Assembly (NCBI GenBank): GCA_038887515.1
Contig: JAWAKK010000002.1
Span: 128,001-192,000, forward strand
Reading direction: 5' to 3'
Source of the DNA: Candidatus Nezhaarchaeales archaeon
GTDB lineage: Archaea > Thermoproteota > Methanomethylicia > Nezhaarchaeales > WYZ-LMO8
Length of the DNA stretch: 64,000 nucleotides
Notes under the pieces: model-generated
Seen by the model: the letters and a program-made list of their open reading frames with translations, nothing else
Databases searched by the model: none
What the model was told of the DNA's origin: nothing
Position numbers and translations under genes: made by a program
In this document: in pieces, positions 60,823 through 64,000 of the stretch
Layout of the letters: each line of letters starts with the position of its first letter
How positions within the stretch are numbered: position 1 is the first letter of the stretch

Positions 60823-62400
60823 TTATGGCCACTCCAACGTCTTAACAACTCTATAAGGCCCATACTTTTCGTATAGGTCTTTTACTTTGTTGGGCCAATC
60901 GTCACAATTAAAGCCGTAATGAGCTAAGAAAGCGGTAGCCCATCTCGTAAGTCCATGACCAACACAGCCGGTCCATATTTCCCTATTTTTAACTTCTTTT
61001 ATCTTAAAGGCCGTTACGTAATGCGTGTAGTGCACGCTAGCAGCGGTTATTTCTAGCCATTCTGCTTCGTCCCTACTTCCCCTATAGGGCAGGTAGCACT
61101 CTACGTCTAAGGTCGGTATCTTCTCCCTTGAAGATATGTCTATCTTCCTCTTGCTGGCTTCTTCGCTTGAAAGGTAGAAGGGGGCTCCAACAACTACCCT
61201 CCACTCAAGATCCAAAACCTTATCAACCAGTTCTATAGTCCTTGAGACGACCCTCTCTCTTATATCAACCACATCCTTTGGAGAGCCTAAATATACCATC
61301 TCCATACGCCAAAACTCGTTTGTCCTAGCCAGGCCTTCGACGCCGCCAGCCTCGTTTCTCCAAGTCCATCCGCCCATGCATTCGTAAACCTTTATCGGCA
61401 AATCTTCAAGCCTTACGGTCTCTTCGCTGAAGAACTGATAGAAAGGTGGGCACTGTACAGCATCGAGGACGTACTCCGGCTCGCCCAGTATCTCCTTTAG
61501 CAGGTCTTTGCGTAATACTCGCTTAAGTGCGTATTCCCTCTTATATTCTTCAAACGCTGAAGGCTCTCTAGGGGGTACGCACACGTAGAACATGCCTTCT
61601 GGTAGGTGTTCTACGTAACTTGATAGCTTGGCTAGGACGTTCATTGGTATGAGCCTTGGAAACATCCACTCTTCAAACCCTAGGGGCCTACAGACATGTT
61701 CTATTATCAGGTCACGTAAGGCCTTTAGTAGGCCGACCATTGGGGCTGTGAAAATCCACTGACCCTTTGCTGGGAACTTCTTGATCCATCCGAGCTTCTC
61801 GGCTTCATTAGCAATTTCAAACTTAACTTTTGCGTCTTTTGGTTTCGAATGTTCCAGGACGTATCCGAAGGGAACTAACTTAGCTTCCTCCTTAACGCCT
61901 TCAATTCCTCCCTCTAGAATCTTCTTTACAAGCCTATCAACAAGTCTCGCTTCAAGGTCCTCCTCCTTCAACTCCATAAGCTTGACTACCAGCTTTCCAT
62001 CGACCTGTTCGACGACACCCATATCACCTACAAGCCTCTTAACGTCTTGGATATTGCCCTTGAAATCAAGCACTTCGATTTCATAAGTTAACACGCCAAG
62101 TCCTCTTATCCCAACCCTAAACTCTCTCCCCAGCGTTAAGCTCAAGCTATTCTTTAACCTAAATAGAGCATCGTGGGCTCGGACGTGTCTACCAGACTTT
62201 ATCTCCAAGTATAGCTTTTCATTATCAATAGACCAGCTAACAATTTGCGCAGCTTCTCCCTCTTTCCCTTTGGGAACCCCCTTTATTAGCAGCTTCTTGT
62301 TGGCTTCAGATATTAGCTCGGATAGCCTCTTAATAGCCTCAGCGTCAAGGGGCTTACTTAGAACCACGTAACCTTTTAAGTGGAACTTCATATTCTCCAC
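60823..62400 (-). CDS. serS: Methanogen-type serine--tRNA ligase
   Basis: N-terminal domain with SGRHVRAHDA; QCPPFY, WRNE.GG..G..R.NEF.R.E, WTGC.GHGLTRW. Confidence 0.92.
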   Translation of the reverse strand: MENMKFHLKGYVVLSKPLDAEAIKRLSELISEANKKLLIKGVPKGKEGEAAQIVSWSIDNEKLYLEIKSGRHVRAHDALFRLKNSLSLTLGREFRVGIRGLGVLTYEIEVLDFKGNIQDVKRLVGDMGVVEQVDGKLVVKLMELKEEDLEARLVDRLVKKILEGGIEGVKEEAKLVPFGYVLEHSKPKDAKVKFEIANEAEKLGWIKKFPAKGQWIFTAPMVGLLKALRDLIIEHVCRPLGFEEWMFPRLIPMNVLAKLSSYVEHLPEGMFYVCVPPREPSAFEEYKREYALKRVLRKDLLKEILGEPEYVLDAVQCPPFYQFFSEETVRLEDLPIKVYECMGGWTWRNEAGGVEGLARTNEFWRMEMVYLGSPKDVVDIRERVVSRTIELVDKVLDLEWRVVVGAPFYLSSEEASKRKIDISSREKIPTLDVECYLPYRGSRDEAEWLEITAASVHYTHYVTAFKIKEVKNREIWTGCVGHGLTRWATAFLAHYGFNCDDWPNKVKDLYEKYGPYRVVKTLEWP

Positions 62401-62402
62401 CC

Positions 62403-63494
62403 TTAAGACAATTTAATGCATCCATGATTGTCAACTAAGAATACATCTTCATGTCTTACCCCAAACTTCCCCCTAAAGTAAACTCCAGGTTCCACGGTTA
62501 TGACATTACCCCTCTCTAATATATCTTCGCTTAAAGACGACATCGTGGGCTTCTCGTGAACCGAAAGCCCTATGCCATGACCTAACCCGTGGAGAAATTG
62601 TTCATGAAGTCCTCTCTCCTTTAACAGGCATCTAGCCTTTGCGTCTATTAATGAAGCCTTCGTCCCACTCCTTATCTCTAAAGCACATTCCCTTTGTACA
62701 TCTACGACGCAGGTCAATAAGTCCTCTATCTCACGATTGCTTCCAACAATAAAGGTCCTAGTCAAATCTGAGCAGTAACCTTGAACTCTTACTCCTAAAT
62801 CTATCACGACGCTTTCCCCCCTCTCTATACGCTTAGTCGTGGGTTTGGCATGAGGGTATGACGATCTGTACCCCGAGGCTATTACTATGTCGAAGGCCAT
62901 ATTCTCTACACCTTCTTCTCGCAATACCTTTTCTATTTCCGCGGCGAGGCTAACTTCTTTAATTCCCTCCCGCAAAACCTCCAAACCCCTTTCTAGGCCT
63001 TTCTTCGCCTTTTCGACAGCCTCCTTTATACATGATACTTCATAATCGTCCTTCTTTGCCCTAAGCCCCTCTATGTAAGGATGTATAGATCTTAAATCTT
63101 CGATTCCGAGTTTCCTTCTAATAAAATTCATCAATTCTTGGTTGTGTAGGTCGTCCAAGCATATCGGTCCAAACATCCTCTTTTCTACTAGGAAATCGGT
63201 GATGGCCTCCATCACCCTCTTATCTTTGTTTAAGAGTACTACTTCCGCACTTTCGACTTCATCTAGAGCCTCGTAGTACTCTAGAGCCGGTACTAGGAGG
63301 TACGCTTCCTCGTGTTCCTCAAGGATTAGAGCCCAAGAGCTTTTAGGAGGGTTTCCGACCACGTTGAATCCCGTTACATACTGTACGTTCTCAGGCTGAG
63401 TTAATAAAAGCCCATTAGCGTCTAATTCGAGCATGAGTTCCTTTAACTTCTTAACTCTTGACTTAATTACTTTTTTTGGGACCTTACCCTCCAT
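62403..63494 (-). CDS. Xaa-Pro aminopeptidase/dipeptidase (M24B)
   Basis: PH, DLG...YCSDLTRT, HGLGHGIGL.VHE.P, TVEPG, GVRHED. Confidence 0.93.
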   Translation of the reverse strand: MEGKVPKKVIKSRVKKLKELMLELDANGLLLTQPENVQYVTGFNVVGNPPKSSWALILEEHEEAYLLVPALEYYEALDEVESAEVVLLNKDKRVMEAITDFLVEKRMFGPICLDDLHNQELMNFIRRKLGIEDLRSIHPYIEGLRAKKDDYEVSCIKEAVEKAKKGLERGLEVLREGIKEVSLAAEIEKVLREEGVENMAFDIVIASGYRSSYPHAKPTTKRIERGESVVIDLGVRVQGYCSDLTRTFIVGSNREIEDLLTCVVDVQRECALEIRSGTKASLIDAKARCLLKERGLHEQFLHGLGHGIGLSVHEKPTMSSLSEDILERGNVITVEPGVYFRGKFGVRHEDVFLVDNHGCIKLS

Positions 63495-63497
63495 TTG

Positions 63498-64000
63498 TTA
63501 ACACACCCTAGGAGTGGGTTCTCCGAGAGGCGGCTCTAACAACTTTCTGCCACCAACTACAGTCTCAAGAACGACTTTACGTTCGGGTTCTCTCTTAACT
63601 TCACCTATGATAGATGCATTGGCGCCATGTTTGGTCTTCCTTATAGCTTCTAAAACTTCATCTGCAATAGAATAGTCAACTACGAGGATCGCAACGCCCT
63701 CGCATGTAACTTCAAGGGGGTTCAATCCTAACATTTCAGAAGCGGCCTTGACTTCTTCTCTTATGGGCACATCTTTTTCTCTGACCCATATTGAAAGACC
63801 AGATTTTAAGGCCATTTCGTTTAAAGCCATTGAAAGCCCACCCCTTGTGGGATCCTTTGCTGCGTGAACTCCTCCAACTTTCAAGGCTGCCTCGATGACG
63901 TCCCATACCGGGGCTACGTCTGACTTTATGGACGTCTCAAACTCTATCCCTTCCCTTACCGACGCTAACGCTATTCCATGATCTCCGACGAACCCCGACA
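63498..64000 (-). CDS. hypE: Hydrogenase maturation protein HypE, 5' end truncated by the window edge
   Basis: SDVAP, KDPTRGG, CEG, C-terminal PRVC. Confidence 0.95.
   Translation of the reverse strand, partial: SGFVGDHGIALASVREGIEFETSIKSDVAPVWDVIEAALKVGGVHAAKDPTRGGLSMALNEMALKSGLSIWVREKDVPIREEVKAASEMLGLNPLEVTCEGVAILVVDYSIADEVLEAIRKTKHGANASIIGEVKREPERKVVLETVVGGRKLLEPPLGEPTPRVC

Noticed and set aside
1-64000. Numerous 60-157 aa ORFs antisense to or nested in conserved genes; IS elements, integrases, CRISPR, rRNA
   Set aside because: The shadow ORFs lack recognisable motifs; no transposase, integrase, repeat-spacer array or rRNA sequence was recognised

Overview
This is a core-genome segment of a TACK-type archaeon. 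RpoG, SmAP3, Alba, an HMf-type histone, a methanogen-type SerRS and HypE/HypF suggest a Nezhaarchaeales/Methanomethylicia-like lineage (inference). It carries the start of the S10 ribosomal-protein cluster with rps19 inverted, fbp, ABCE1, KEOPS parts (Cgi121 and two Pcc1 paralogues), a Urm1/SAMP-like ubiquitin, a thermosome subunit, the proteasome-exosome superoperon, lysC-asd and five tRNAs. Signals the ORF track misses: (1) a 24-aa peptide made only of Glu and Trp after the initial Met, with its own TATA box and Shine-Dalgarno (SD) site; (2) an inverted ORB pair around an AT-rich tract, a probable replication origin with no cdc6 nearby, flanked by initiator tRNA-Met and a small winged-helix gene; (3) a histone and two other genes that appear to start at CTG; (4) two C/D-box sRNA candidates; (5) a decaying type IV pilus-like operon, a frameshifted divergent TFB paralogue and a collapsed P-type ATPase pseudogene. 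No CRISPR array, transposase or integrase was seen. All family calls come from motif recognition by eye; no database search was run.
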